From: a virus
Reading direction: 5' to 3' (one strand)
IMG/VR virus record: IMGVR_UViG_3300030118_003002
Location: 32,235-96,234 of that record
DNA length: 64,000 nt
Translations under genes and position numbers: made by a program
Part shown: positions 30,917 to 40,342 of the stretch, in pieces
Numbering within the stretch: position 1 is the stretch's first letter
Layout of the letters: each line of letters starts with the position of its first letter
The notes under the pieces: generated by a model
What the model saw: only the letters and a program-made list of their open reading frames with translations
The model's database searches: none
What the model was told of the DNA's origin: nothing

Positions 30917-31825
30917 CTATGCTCGCTTGTCGGTATTACATCTCTCATTCTTATTGTCATTTATATCACCATATTCTATTATATCTCGCCCTTTAATTTC
31001 GGACATTCTATTAAATCCTAACATTTGGATTAATTTTTTACTTGTCTTTCCTATTGCTGATAAGGAAATATCTGTGCTTTCAGAAATATCATTCTTAGTT
31101 ACACCATAATATCTAAACATATTTGTCGCCACCCAGCATACACTTGCGTAATATGCCTTTGATTTATGATAACAATGGTCTTCTATGATAGGTTCTAACT
31201 TTAACATCAAATCCATAGCATTAGAATAAAACATCACATCATCTGTTATTCTAGAACAGGTCTGCTTTAACATAAAAGAAGGGTCTGCTCCGTAAAGTAT
31301 ATTCTTACTCTTAAAGTGGTGAATCATTTTACGCACTAATCTATTCACTACTTTAGTTGAACATGAATATTCAGAACATAATTCTTTCATAGGAACAGGT
31401 GTTCTATTTTCTTTCAGAACATAAAAGACAACAGCAGTGCATCTAGCCTCTAGTTTGATTTTACCAAACAAACCTTTCTTCTGTGCTTCTAAGTAACATT
31501 CCTTAACTCTATCTTTAAGAGGGTGGTTTATTTGAATAGAAGATAGAATCATATTACAGGTCTGCAAACCAGCAGTAATATGTCTAGGAATAACATTATT
31601 GTTTCCTCTCCTATTAAACTTAAATGAACCCTTTCCTGTTATTATAGAACCCAATTCTCCTCTTTCAGCAGAATGAACAACCTTTCCGTCATCTATCATT
31701 CTGACACTTTCTTCAAACAAATCTGTTACGACCACTAATCCGCAATCGCTACATTCTGTTTCTCCTAGTCTTTCATTATAATTAAAGACTAAACAACCAC
31801 ATTCACCGCATTTCATCAAAATCAA
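30917..31825 (-). CDS. tfb: Transcription factor B (TFB/TFIIB)-like protein
   Basis: N-terminal CGECG...GETECSDCGLVV zinc ribbon plus two cyclin-like helical repeats. Confidence 0.8.
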   Translation of the reverse strand: MILMKCGECGCLVFNYNERLGETECSDCGLVVVTDLFEESVRMIDDGKVVHSAERGELGSIITGKGSFKFNRRGNNNVIPRHITAGLQTCNMILSSIQINHPLKDRVKECYLEAQKKGLFGKIKLEARCTAVVFYVLKENRTPVPMKELCSEYSCSTKVVNRLVRKMIHHFKSKNILYGADPSFMLKQTCSRITDDVMFYSNAMDLMLKLEPIIEDHCYHKSKAYYASVCWVATNMFRYYGVTKNDISESTDISLSAIGKTSKKLIQMLGFNRMSEIKGRDIIEYGDINDNKNERCNTDKRA

Positions 31826-33053
31826 CTCTTATACTATTTTCATTATTACATATATACCTTTTAATCGTGCTAACTATTTTTACTGTTAAAGTATCATTAA
31901 GAAGTGCTAATGCTCTTGCTACAAATTGGTCGCCTAAAGAAGAACCGCCAGACATATTATCAATACAAATTGGTCCTTTCCATTGAGGTTCATTAGTTGG
32001 TTTTGGCGGTAATTTAATTTCTTCTTCAGAACCATTATTAATAGCATCAATATTAATTCCAAAACATTCTTCTTCCCACTTCTCAATTTTTTGTGCGAAG
32101 TGTTCATCAGTATCGGGTGTTGAATAAACAAATGTCGAAACCATCTGAATATCTGATTTGAATTTAGTGTTCGTAAGTTTCCAATCCCAGCCTTTTCCAC
32201 GAACATACATGGCTGATACTTCTTTATCATCATCGTAAATGACTTTGATTCTATCAGGATATTTTTCTTCTGTTTCTTTAACTAATAACTTAGCCCTATC
32301 TTCAACAATATCCTGTTGTCTATTTTGTTTTAGAAATTCAATCATTAGTTTTCTATCTGAAACTTTTGGTTTAACTCCTACTGTTCTTTCATAAAGAATT
32401 TCAGGAGAACAAAACATCCATTTTTTACTTCTCTTTTTACCATGAAGATAAAAAGCGCAAAAGGATTCTAATTCTTTATTAGTCATAGTTCCCCAAACTC
32501 CATCACTAACCTCAATCGCAACTTCATTATCGCTAATTTGCTGACAATTCAATCTAACATTAGTTTTCTGAAAATCATCGAAGAAATGGAATGGCACTCT
32601 ATTCTCTAAACAATACTTTACATCTTCGGGAATACTTAGAGTAGCATACAATCCTTTCATTAGTTTAGCCACATCTTTTTCAAAACATGACTTGAAAGTA
32701 ACTCTAGCCAAAGCAGAAGCAATAGTATGCAAACTTTCTGTTTTACCATTAAGAGTATATCTGCTACCCTTTTTTCCTAATGCTATCAAACAACCTCCAA
32801 TATCAATAACTTCGTTAAAGTCCCTTGAAGGTAAGTTCATATATCTATAATGTCTAGTATAATATCCTCGTCTTGAGGATTTTAAGTTGCTAGAAAAGAA
32901 AGCCGTAATAGCCGAATGAACGGGGTCTTTTGCATTTCTATTAGATTGAATAGAAACATCGTGTGGCGTTTTAATCAAATTACTTCTAATCGTTGTTCTC
33001 CAATGTTGTTGGGAATCATCAGGTCTTTTTATTCTTATTTTTAATTCATTCAT
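31803..33053 (-). CDS. Unknown protein with candidate C-terminal E2/UBC-like active-site motif
   Basis: WKGPICIDNM...GDQFVARALALLND resembles the E2 G-x-I-C-L-D motif plus following helix. Confidence 0.4.
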   Translation of the reverse strand: MNELKIRIKRPDDSQQHWRTTIRSNLIKTPHDVSIQSNRNAKDPVHSAITAFFSSNLKSSRRGYYTRHYRYMNLPSRDFNEVIDIGGCLIALGKKGSRYTLNGKTESLHTIASALARVTFKSCFEKDVAKLMKGLYATLSIPEDVKYCLENRVPFHFFDDFQKTNVRLNCQQISDNEVAIEVSDGVWGTMTNKELESFCAFYLHGKKRSKKWMFCSPEILYERTVGVKPKVSDRKLMIEFLKQNRQQDIVEDRAKLLVKETEEKYPDRIKVIYDDDKEVSAMYVRGKGWDWKLTNTKFKSDIQMVSTFVYSTPDTDEHFAQKIEKWEEECFGINIDAINNGSEEEIKLPPKPTNEPQWKGPICIDNMSGGSSLGDQFVARALALLNDTLTVKIVSTIKRYICNNENSIRVDFDEMR

Positions 33054-33221
33054 TTTATCACATCATATAACTATTATCATTTATATTATTAACACATTCT
33101 TTGTGAATTTCTTTTTTCATATCTTCCGGTAAAAGTAATTGGCCTCCACAAATCCTACATTTAGTAGCGACTCTTTTTTTATACGACCAATTACTCTTTG
33201 TATATTCAGGGTCTTTTTCTT

Positions 33222-33566
33222 TCATTTATACCACCCTTTCATCATATTATAAATATAATTATTATAGAAATCGGTTTGGTTTTTATTATGGTATTGCAGG
33301 GCTTCATGTCTTTCTGTGAATGCTTTTCTGGCATAGTCAGTAAAGCCTGTTTCCACCGCTTCTTCTATTTCCCATAGTATTATTTTAACAGTTTGCCAAA
33401 GTCTATACTTTTTATCTGTTTCATCTTCCAAACCTGCACAAGCGTCAAGTGCTAATTTAATTTTATTTTTCGCAGAATTAGACCATACATCATCATAAGA
33501 AATAATGACTCTTACAAAGTCATTAAAACTCAAATGACGGATAGGCCGAATCCTACGAGTTTTCAT
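33222..33566 (-). CDS. Hypothetical protein
   Basis: RBS-preceded ORF in operon. Confidence 0.5.
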   Translation of the reverse strand: MKTRRIRPIRHLSFNDFVRVIISYDDVWSNSAKNKIKLALDACAGLEDETDKKYRLWQTVKIILWEIEEAVETGFTDYARKAFTERHEALQYHNKNQTDFYNNYIYNMMKGWYK

Positions 33567-33574
33567 CTAATCAC

Positions 33575-35446
33575 CTAGATTTCACAAGCCCCGCCAGCAC
33601 AAGCCAATTCACCTGTTAAGTTAGTATCGTCTTGTTCTTCGGTAATTTTAGTCAAATCAATCTTAGTTAAGGTTAACATCATTTCATCATATGTCTCCTT
33701 ATCTATTGTTTCAAATGGTGCTTGTTTGTATGTTCCTCCATCATAAGGCAATACAGACAAACCATTGTAGTAGTGTCTATTCATCCATAGCCATTCACCA
33801 ACATCATCCCATTCATCATCTTTTACAGATATTGTTGCTGATACATTATGGCTATTCAAACCATCAACATGGCCTGTTCTAACCCAACGGATGCTGAAAT
33901 TCTTAACACGCTCTAATAAATCAAATACTGATTCATGTCGTGTAATGGCATCATCGGGAGACTTTTGAGGAATAGAAATAACTGCCTGTTCCTCCGGATT
34001 AAAGTATTCATCTTCAACCAATTCAGGATGATTAGATGATAGATAAGAATAGATTGCTTCATTTTTACCTACTCTAATTCTTCGAATGTAATAATTATCG
34101 TGCCAAGCATGAATACCGCTACTTGTTCCTAAAACAAGAGAAGTAGTTCCAGCAGGTTTTACACAAGTAATTCTAGCCGCAGGTTTTACACCAATGATTT
34201 TAGAAATCCTCTTGTTTTCCTGTTTAGCAGCAAACGAAGCCATTTCCAAATCTAAAGGTTCAACAACATTAGAAGCAATACCTGTCATAGATACACCGAG
34301 CAAAGAATCCTTTTCAGTATTCTTTTTCCATATTTCTCTAAGGTAATGGAAATCAGTATAACCTGCTTGAAGCGTTCCTATGAATGAAGCCGCTTTTACT
34401 CTTGCTTCTAAATCTGCTTGGTCTGTAATATCAGAAGCATTCACCTCTGTTAGATTACAAAATTGATAAGGCCGTAAAGCAATTTCACAACAAGGATTTG
34501 TTCCCCAATCTTTGTCATTACTAAAATAAACTGCTGGTTCACCACTACCACTATGTTGTATTCTTTCCCATAGACCCATAAAGAAATCTTTAGTTACTCT
34601 ATGTCTAAGAATAACTGCTGAATTATTTGCACGACCTCTTTGTGGATTATTTTCCCACCAATTACCGGACTTACAACTAATCATTTTAGAATCATCTGCA
34701 CTAAATAAACTAATCATGGCGGCTCTCCTAATACCACCTGCTAATACTGCATCTGCTAAATAACACATAATATCATGTGCTTCAATTGAATCTAATTTAG
34801 AGCCATTATTTTTATTTTGGAGCATTCCTTCTATTTTAACTAAACATTCTCTTAATGGCTGAAAACCGGGTGCTTTTCCACCACTAGTTCTTAATAGGCT
34901 TCCTTTTGGTCTAATATCAGAATAATCAAAAATAGGACTACTACTCCTAATTCCGGTATAACACTCCAAAAGGATTTTAATTGAATCAGCCCATCCTTCA
35001 ATAGAATCGCTAATAAGATACCTGCGTTTTCTTTCGGAATTAGGCTGAATGATTTCCGGTAATTGCTCAATATGATGCCGTTGAACCGAATATCCAACCC
35101 CCGTTCCACCGAGAAGTAAGAACATAGCCTCGCTAAAAGATAAAAGGGAATCAATAGGCATATAAGCACAATTATAAACCCTATTTGGACTAATTTCGAT
35201 AGGTTTGCCCCCAAATTGCATAGAGCGCATTGAAGGGAGAATTTTCTTTGTTTTGACGAATTTTTCATAAATTTCACCTATTTCTTCTGTTAATTCTGGA
35301 TATTTTTTAATATGCATATTTCTGTTTCTTTCGACTATTTCATTCCAAGTTTCTCTTCTTTTCTTTGCTGGTAAATACCTTGCATATTTCATATGCACTG
35401 TAATATCAGACAATGTTTCTATTGCTGTATTTGACATCTTTAACAC
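33575..35446 (-). CDS. nrdJ: Class II (AdoCbl-dependent) ribonucleotide reductase
   Basis: NPCCEI, VKPAGTTS, GGIRRAA, C-terminal CAGGACEI. Confidence 0.9.
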   Translation of the reverse strand: MLKMSNTAIETLSDITVHMKYARYLPAKKRRETWNEIVERNRNMHIKKYPELTEEIGEIYEKFVKTKKILPSMRSMQFGGKPIEISPNRVYNCAYMPIDSLLSFSEAMFLLLGGTGVGYSVQRHHIEQLPEIIQPNSERKRRYLISDSIEGWADSIKILLECYTGIRSSSPIFDYSDIRPKGSLLRTSGGKAPGFQPLRECLVKIEGMLQNKNNGSKLDSIEAHDIMCYLADAVLAGGIRRAAMISLFSADDSKMISCKSGNWWENNPQRGRANNSAVILRHRVTKDFFMGLWERIQHSGSGEPAVYFSNDKDWGTNPCCEIALRPYQFCNLTEVNASDITDQADLEARVKAASFIGTLQAGYTDFHYLREIWKKNTEKDSLLGVSMTGIASNVVEPLDLEMASFAAKQENKRISKIIGVKPAARITCVKPAGTTSLVLGTSSGIHAWHDNYYIRRIRVGKNEAIYSYLSSNHPELVEDEYFNPEEQAVISIPQKSPDDAITRHESVFDLLERVKNFSIRWVRTGHVDGLNSHNVSATISVKDDEWDDVGEWLWMNRHYYNGLSVLPYDGGTYKQAPFETIDKETYDEMMLTLTKIDLTKITEEQDDTNLTGELACAGGACEI

Positions 35447-35820
35447 CTATATTTGCTGGCTTTAGGTAATTCAAATAGAGTCGAAAAGGATGAAAGCCAC
35501 TCACCTTTTTTGCTAATTACCCACTCTTTCTCAATGACAAATTCCCATTCGTCAAAGTTATTAACTGCGAAAGGATATTCTTCTAATAAAATACTTACAG
35601 AAGAATATTCCTTATCCTTGAATAGAATCTTTGTTTCACCCGAAGCGTATATTTGGCCGTATTTACCACGACCAATAACATAACCTTCGGGATAGAAGTC
35701 CGGTGTAAAAACCGCTACTTCATCACGGATGAATGGTTTTGTCAAGTTCCAACCATTCAGTTCAAATAAAATTTTAAGAGCATCGGGAGACATAAAATGT
35801 TTCAAATTCATATTAACCAC
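35440..35820 (-). CDS. Hypothetical protein
   Basis: Operon position. Confidence 0.5.
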   Translation of the reverse strand: MVNMNLKHFMSPDALKILFELNGWNLTKPFIRDEVAVFTPDFYPEGYVIGRGKYGQIYASGETKILFKDKEYSSVSILLEEYPFAVNNFDEWEFVIEKEWVISKKGEWLSSFSTLFELPKASKYRC

Positions 35821-35830
35821 ACTGCAAAAA

Positions 35831-35867
35831 GGGGAGAGAACAAGGCACTAAGCCTCATTCTCCCCCC
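35831..35867 (-). terminator. Hairpin plus U-run downstream of the Ubl gene
   Basis: GGGGAGAGAA...TTCTCCCCC stem, AAAAA at 35826-35830. Confidence 0.55.
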
Positions 35868-35898
35868 AAATGTCGCAAATATAGTCGGGTTAATAAAA

Positions 35899-36099
35899 TC
35901 AACCGCCAACGATTGCTGGCGTTAAATCAACTGACTCAACAGTGTCCCAATTGATACCTGCTATTTCTTCTCTAGCCATCATTTCACCATTGATGAAAAC
36001 CCAATGTGTAGGGTGTGTATCAATTTGCTCAATGACTTCTTCGGAAGCCATAACTAGTTCTGTGTGTCCTGTTTCGTTCAAAATTGTTAACTTAATCAT
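35899..36099 (-). CDS. Ubiquitin-like beta-grasp protein (ThiS/MoaD/SAMP-like)
   Basis: 66 aa; MIKLTI strand, VFINGE, C-terminal VDLTPAIVGG. Confidence 0.82.
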   Translation of the reverse strand: MIKLTILNETGHTELVMASEEVIEQIDTHPTHWVFINGEMMAREEIAGINWDTVESVDLTPAIVGG

Positions 36100-36137
36100 T
36101 CTATCATCTCCGTCTTATTCTTTCCATGTGCTGACTG

Positions 36138-36153
36138 CATATAAAGGGAGTCA
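36138..36153 (-). promoter_or_regulatory. TATA-type promoter TGACTCCCTTTATATG upstream of Ubl
   Basis: Exact 16-bp copy at 42882-42897; both lie upstream of - strand genes. Confidence 0.65.
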
Positions 36154-36263
36154 TTCTCCATTCTCGTCTCCCCCTATTGCTAAAGCGGCCAAAGGCCAAA
36201 TCATTGTTGAAGCCGCTACTACGGCTATTGTTCCTACTACTAATTCTTTCAATAATCCCATAT

Positions 36264-37535
36264 TCATTCCTCTTTCATTCTTTCTATTTCATTACTTGCC
36301 TCTTTTCGGGTTAATCCCGTTCTCCATTCCGAATTTTCTTCGGGGCAATAGCCCAAATCTTCTAAGTATTTGATTTGGGCTGGAGTTATCATTTTATCAC
36401 AAATTCCCTTTAATGAAGATAATTGACTTCCTGTTAATTCTCTTCTTTCAGACAATTGTGTTTTAACGCTGGATAAGAATTTATATTCCCAAGTCGTTTC
36501 TGCCAAAGATACATCAAAAGGTCTTAAACCATAATACATACACATTTGCATAAATGTTTCATTTGCTGATGTGCTTAGTATTAGTTTAGCCTTTTCGGTT
36601 GCTTTTCTTTCATGTTCAAGCCTTTGTGCTTCTCTCCTTTGTCTATTTATTTCGGCTTGACGCTCTCTTTCTTCCCTTCCGGCTTCCCATGCCCTTTGTT
36701 TTTCTTCGGCTTCTAATCGCATTTGTTCTTGTCTTTGTCTTCTTATTGCCTGTTGTCTAAGATAATTGTCTGTTCTTTCTTGAGCATGATTCATTAAACT
36801 ATCAAACCTTTCTTTATGTTTAATAGTGAACATAGCATCAAAAATAATCATGTCTTGCCACAACTTATCTGTTGGATAGCCTCTTGTTCTTGATTGCGCC
36901 CTTTTGTTATTAGGGTGTTCCCAACGCCAAACAATAGAAGCCATTTGATAATACCTATCTGTTGGTGAACCAACTCCTTTCTTTCTAAGAGCAGAAGTAT
37001 ATCTGTAACGATTATCCCCACTATCCCAAAACAAATTAGGTTGTCCTTTAACATTAATTAGAATGTCAGCCTCTTTGATTTTTTCATATATCATATTAAA
37101 CTGTTCACCGTTTTGGTGCATCCATGCTTTAGCCATCATTGTTTTTGTTCGCTCTTGAATCCAAGTATCAATTTCACCTTCTGTAATATCTTCAATATCT
37201 CTTCCGGTTCTGTTAGCAATTTCTTTCATAATTAGATAAGTATTGATATGGTCTGAACCAACACATTCAACAATACCGTTTTCAGTATTAACAATTTCAA
37301 AGTGATATACTACACTATGACCGCAAAGACATTTACCTCTCCCCATTTGTGAGTTTCTAACCCAATCGGGAGCATCTTCATCACCGCCCCACCAAACTGA
37401 ACCTGTGGCAATCCATTCTTCTTTTGCTTCTTCATAATTATCAGCAACAGATAATTCAACCATTCTTTCCATTAGTTTTCTATCCCAACGGCCTTGTCCT
37501 AAACTTCTCTTTGCTACTATTGTTTCAACCATCAT
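36264..37535 (-). CDS. Hypothetical protein with Cys/His metal-binding motif and coiled coil
   Basis: CLCGH...CVGSDH; R/E/Q-rich segment. Confidence 0.6.
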   Translation of the reverse strand: MMVETIVAKRSLGQGRWDRKLMERMVELSVADNYEEAKEEWIATGSVWWGGDEDAPDWVRNSQMGRGKCLCGHSVVYHFEIVNTENGIVECVGSDHINTYLIMKEIANRTGRDIEDITEGEIDTWIQERTKTMMAKAWMHQNGEQFNMIYEKIKEADILINVKGQPNLFWDSGDNRYRYTSALRKKGVGSPTDRYYQMASIVWRWEHPNNKRAQSRTRGYPTDKLWQDMIIFDAMFTIKHKERFDSLMNHAQERTDNYLRQQAIRRQRQEQMRLEAEEKQRAWEAGREERERQAEINRQRREAQRLEHERKATEKAKLILSTSANETFMQMCMYYGLRPFDVSLAETTWEYKFLSSVKTQLSERRELTGSQLSSLKGICDKMITPAQIKYLEDLGYCPEENSEWRTGLTRKEASNEIERMKEE

Positions 37536-37776
37536 TCATCATCTCTAAATCGTCTTTTTCAAACTGTCTTTGTTCTTGAAGATAGCCTGTTAGTATCATA
37601 TCTATCTTCTCCGGTAAGTTATCTATAATACCTGCAATAATCTTTCTATTAAGACTAATCCATATTCTATGATAGGTATTCAATACAACTTTCGGCTCAT
37701 CATTTTCATTCTGTGAAATTACAATCGGTGGTAATTCACTTGTATTTACTATTCTAAATTCAACATTCGTTTTCAT
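37525..37776 (-). CDS. Hypothetical protein
   Basis: Operon position. Confidence 0.55.
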   Translation of the reverse strand: MKTNVEFRIVNTSELPPIVISQNENDEPKVVLNTYHRIWISLNRKIIAGIIDNLPEKIDMILTGYLQEQRQFEKDDLEMMNDG

Positions 37777-38082
37777 TCAAATTCCTCCCGCTAATGCAAA
37801 CAAGTTACTTACATTCTTATGAGCAATATAATTCTCAATATCATGCAAGAAATCTTGTGAGTTACTAATATATTTGCTATGATTAACCAATAGACTAGCC
37901 ACTGTTTGCGCTAGTTTCTGATTGCTCAAGCCACTAATCAACTTTGCCATTTCAAAGGCTAAGTGTTCTCTATAATTATCATCCATCATGCAAGTTATAC
38001 ATTCTCTCTTAATCATACAATCGTGCTGATGGTCGGGTTCGATAACATACCCTTTACCTTGACATTCTAAACATTCACTCAT
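37777..38082 (-). CDS. Zinc-finger protein
   Basis: CLECQGKG...CITC. Confidence 0.55.
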   Translation of the reverse strand: MSECLECQGKGYVIEPDHQHDCMIKRECITCMMDDNYREHLAFEMAKLISGLSNQKLAQTVASLLVNHSKYISNSQDFLHDIENYIAHKNVSNLFALAGGI

Positions 38083-38339
38083 TCTTCTTCACGCCCTGCT
38101 TCCATAAAAAACTCTTTTGAATCGACCCATACTTGATGAGTGATTACTAAACCTTTCAAATCAGCCTTCCAATCACCTTCATCTGTTCTAATTACCCAAA
38201 ATTGTTCTAAGTCATTCAGTGTGTCGAAATGAAACTTAGTGTATCTTGCTATCTTATTATTACTGTATATTGTATTTCCATATTCTATTTCTATATTCAT
38301 TTTTATTCCTCCTTTTTTGTTATGGGTGGTGGAATCCAC
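38079..38339 (-). CDS. Hypothetical protein
   Basis: Likely start MNIEIE after GGAGG. Confidence 0.5.
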   Translation of the reverse strand: MDSTTHNKKGGIKMNIEIEYGNTIYSNNKIARYTKFHFDTLNDLEQFWVIRTDEGDWKADLKGLVITHQVWVDSKEFFMEAGREEE

Positions 38340-38533
38340 CTCGAATTATATTTTGCGTTGTATTCTTCTAAACAACTTTCGCATAGTTTGAATTCGATAA
38401 CTTCTCCGCTATGCACGAAAGAAGTCATCATTTCGTAGGATGATGCTAAACCACACCTACTACATTTAGGAACAGGTATTACCGGTTCTTTTCTTAATCT
38501 TCTAAAAAAATCTATTATTTTCATTAATATCAC
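38303..38533 (-). CDS. Small zinc-finger protein
   Basis: CSRC...LCESC. Confidence 0.55.
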   Translation of the reverse strand: MILMKIIDFFRRLRKEPVIPVPKCSRCGLASSYEMMTSFVHSGEVIEFKLCESCLEEYNAKYNSRWIPPPITKKEE

Positions 38534-38983
38534 CTAAAGGCGCAGGGAACAAGTCATGGTTAAAAAACAAAAACCCTAAGGATTTCACCACTATCTAGTC
38601 AGAGTTAAACTTCTTGTTATTACCTAGAAAACCTGCTATTTGGGGAAAAGAAGATTGTGTTGCTTATACGGCTAGAGTCGGTTTCAGTAAAACCATTTGA
38701 CTAAACTCCTTCATCAACTATTAAATGAAAAACATCGCTAAATGTCTTCTTTTTATTAGCAAACCCCCTGTGACCTTATTCTCTCATATTACTATCCGCC
38801 CACCGAACATAAGTCCGAGAGAATATGGACTCATATTTTTTGATAGGTAATAATACCCACCAATTTACCGCCCACACTTATTCTTATAACATCACCTTTT
38901 ATTTCTAAATTAGTAACATCATCAATATATTGTGAAGCCCATTCAATTAGATATTCTTTGTGTAATTTATGCATAATATCACC

Positions 38984-39322
38984 TCAAAAAGTTTTACCAT
39001 GCATAAATTCACGGCTTTCGTTATATTCCATCTTAGCAAGAATAGCACCTGCAATATCTAAGTCTTTACCAAAAGCATAATCCATAATTCGAATTACTGC
39101 GTCTGCTAATTCTTCTTCAAGATTACTAAACTCCATAATCTTATTTGAAGAAGGATTACCTTCACGCAAAGCCTCTAATGCTTCTGAAATTTCAGCATGA
39201 ATCAATGCCATTCTTTCACCATCATTTACTTCATCTTTCCAAAAACCATGATTAACTGCGTTCTTGTAAATCCTCTTTGCTTTCTTATTCCATTCTTTTT
39301 CAAAACTCAAATTGCTCACCAT
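38984..39322 (-). CDS. MazG-like NTP pyrophosphohydrolase
   Basis: EISEALEA...EEELADAVIR. Confidence 0.8.
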   Translation of the reverse strand: MVSNLSFEKEWNKKAKRIYKNAVNHGFWKDEVNDGERMALIHAEISEALEALREGNPSSNKIMEFSNLEEELADAVIRIMDYAFGKDLDIAGAILAKMEYNESREFMHGKTF

Positions 39323-39548
39323 CCTCCGGATTAAATAAGCCTCTCTTAATTGCTAAGGCTTCCATCTTCTTTTTGTGACTTCTTGGTGCATGTTTTCTTG
39401 CATACACAATAACTTCTGCACCATTAGGCACTATTGCCGAATGCTTTGAGCATATTGGCGTTCCTGTTTTATCACAATCTGTTACTGACTGTATTTTACA
39501 ATAAGCACATGTTGGTCTTTTACTTTCCATATTCCATAATCCTACCAT
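39300..39548 (-). CDS. Small zinc-finger protein
   Basis: CAYC...C...ICSKH. Confidence 0.5.
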   Translation of the reverse strand: MVGLWNMESKRPTCAYCKIQSVTDCDKTGTPICSKHSAIVPNGAEVIVYARKHAPRSHKKKMEALAIKRGLFNPEDGEQFEF

Positions 39549-39550
39549 AT

Positions 39551-39991
39551 TTATTCCTCCTTATTTACCGGACAATCAACATTTAATGTTTGATGGTCTA
39601 GGTTGTTACATATACAGATTTCTTCATCTGTTAAAAAATTAGCACTGAATTTAGCATATCTATGAATAGTTAAACCATAGTCATAAGGATAACCGAATGT
39701 TTCAACATCATCCCATTCCTCTCCTATTCTAACGAATCCATAACTTTCTTCATCTTCAATACGACCAATTGCAGACATAATATCATCAACTGTTTTATAT
39801 CCATCATACCATTTAACATAATCGCATTGAACATACAAAACTTCAGCCTTATCTCCATTATACATTTTGATAGTGCCTTCTTCGAATATATCCCACAAAT
39901 CCTTGTCTTGCTCGTATTCTGCTTTTAACATGTCATACAATTCTTTATTGTCTTTTCTTGTTACTATATTTACTTCGCTTCTATATCCCAT
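39551..39991 (-). CDS. Conserved phage-type hypothetical protein
   Basis: MGYRSEV...KWY...FVRIGEEWDD. Confidence 0.6.
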   Translation of the reverse strand: MGYRSEVNIVTRKDNKELYDMLKAEYEQDKDLWDIFEEGTIKMYNGDKAEVLYVQCDYVKWYDGYKTVDDIMSAIGRIEDEESYGFVRIGEEWDDVETFGYPYDYGLTIHRYAKFSANFLTDEEICICNNLDHQTLNVDCPVNKEE

Positions 39992-40342
39992 ATTTATTCC
40001 TCCTCACAAGTGCATTTTGCTTTCAAAACACGACTAGCATCAACAAAATCGACACTACTATGAATATTGTATTTTGCCGTTGCTTCGCACCCTTTACAAG
40101 TCATAAGCATTATTCTTACTTCCCTTCCATTCATCTTAAATCACCGTTCATAAACTTCCCAGCCCAATCTGCAAAACTAGTATATGCTACTACATTACTA
40201 ACATCAATCTTAGAAATGTCAGTGGTTTCGTCTGTCAAAAAGATTACTCTTTTCTTCAGACTATCCCACAACACCTCCTTTGTTATACTCCATTCATCTA
40301 GTGCTTTTGTCATTATTCTATATTTACTCATTTTTATTCACC

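Noticed and set aside
29592-36099. ThiF/ThiS as thiamine or molybdopterin biosynthesis genes
   Set aside because: No ThiG, ThiI, MoaE or related genes in the window; JAB peptidase present instead
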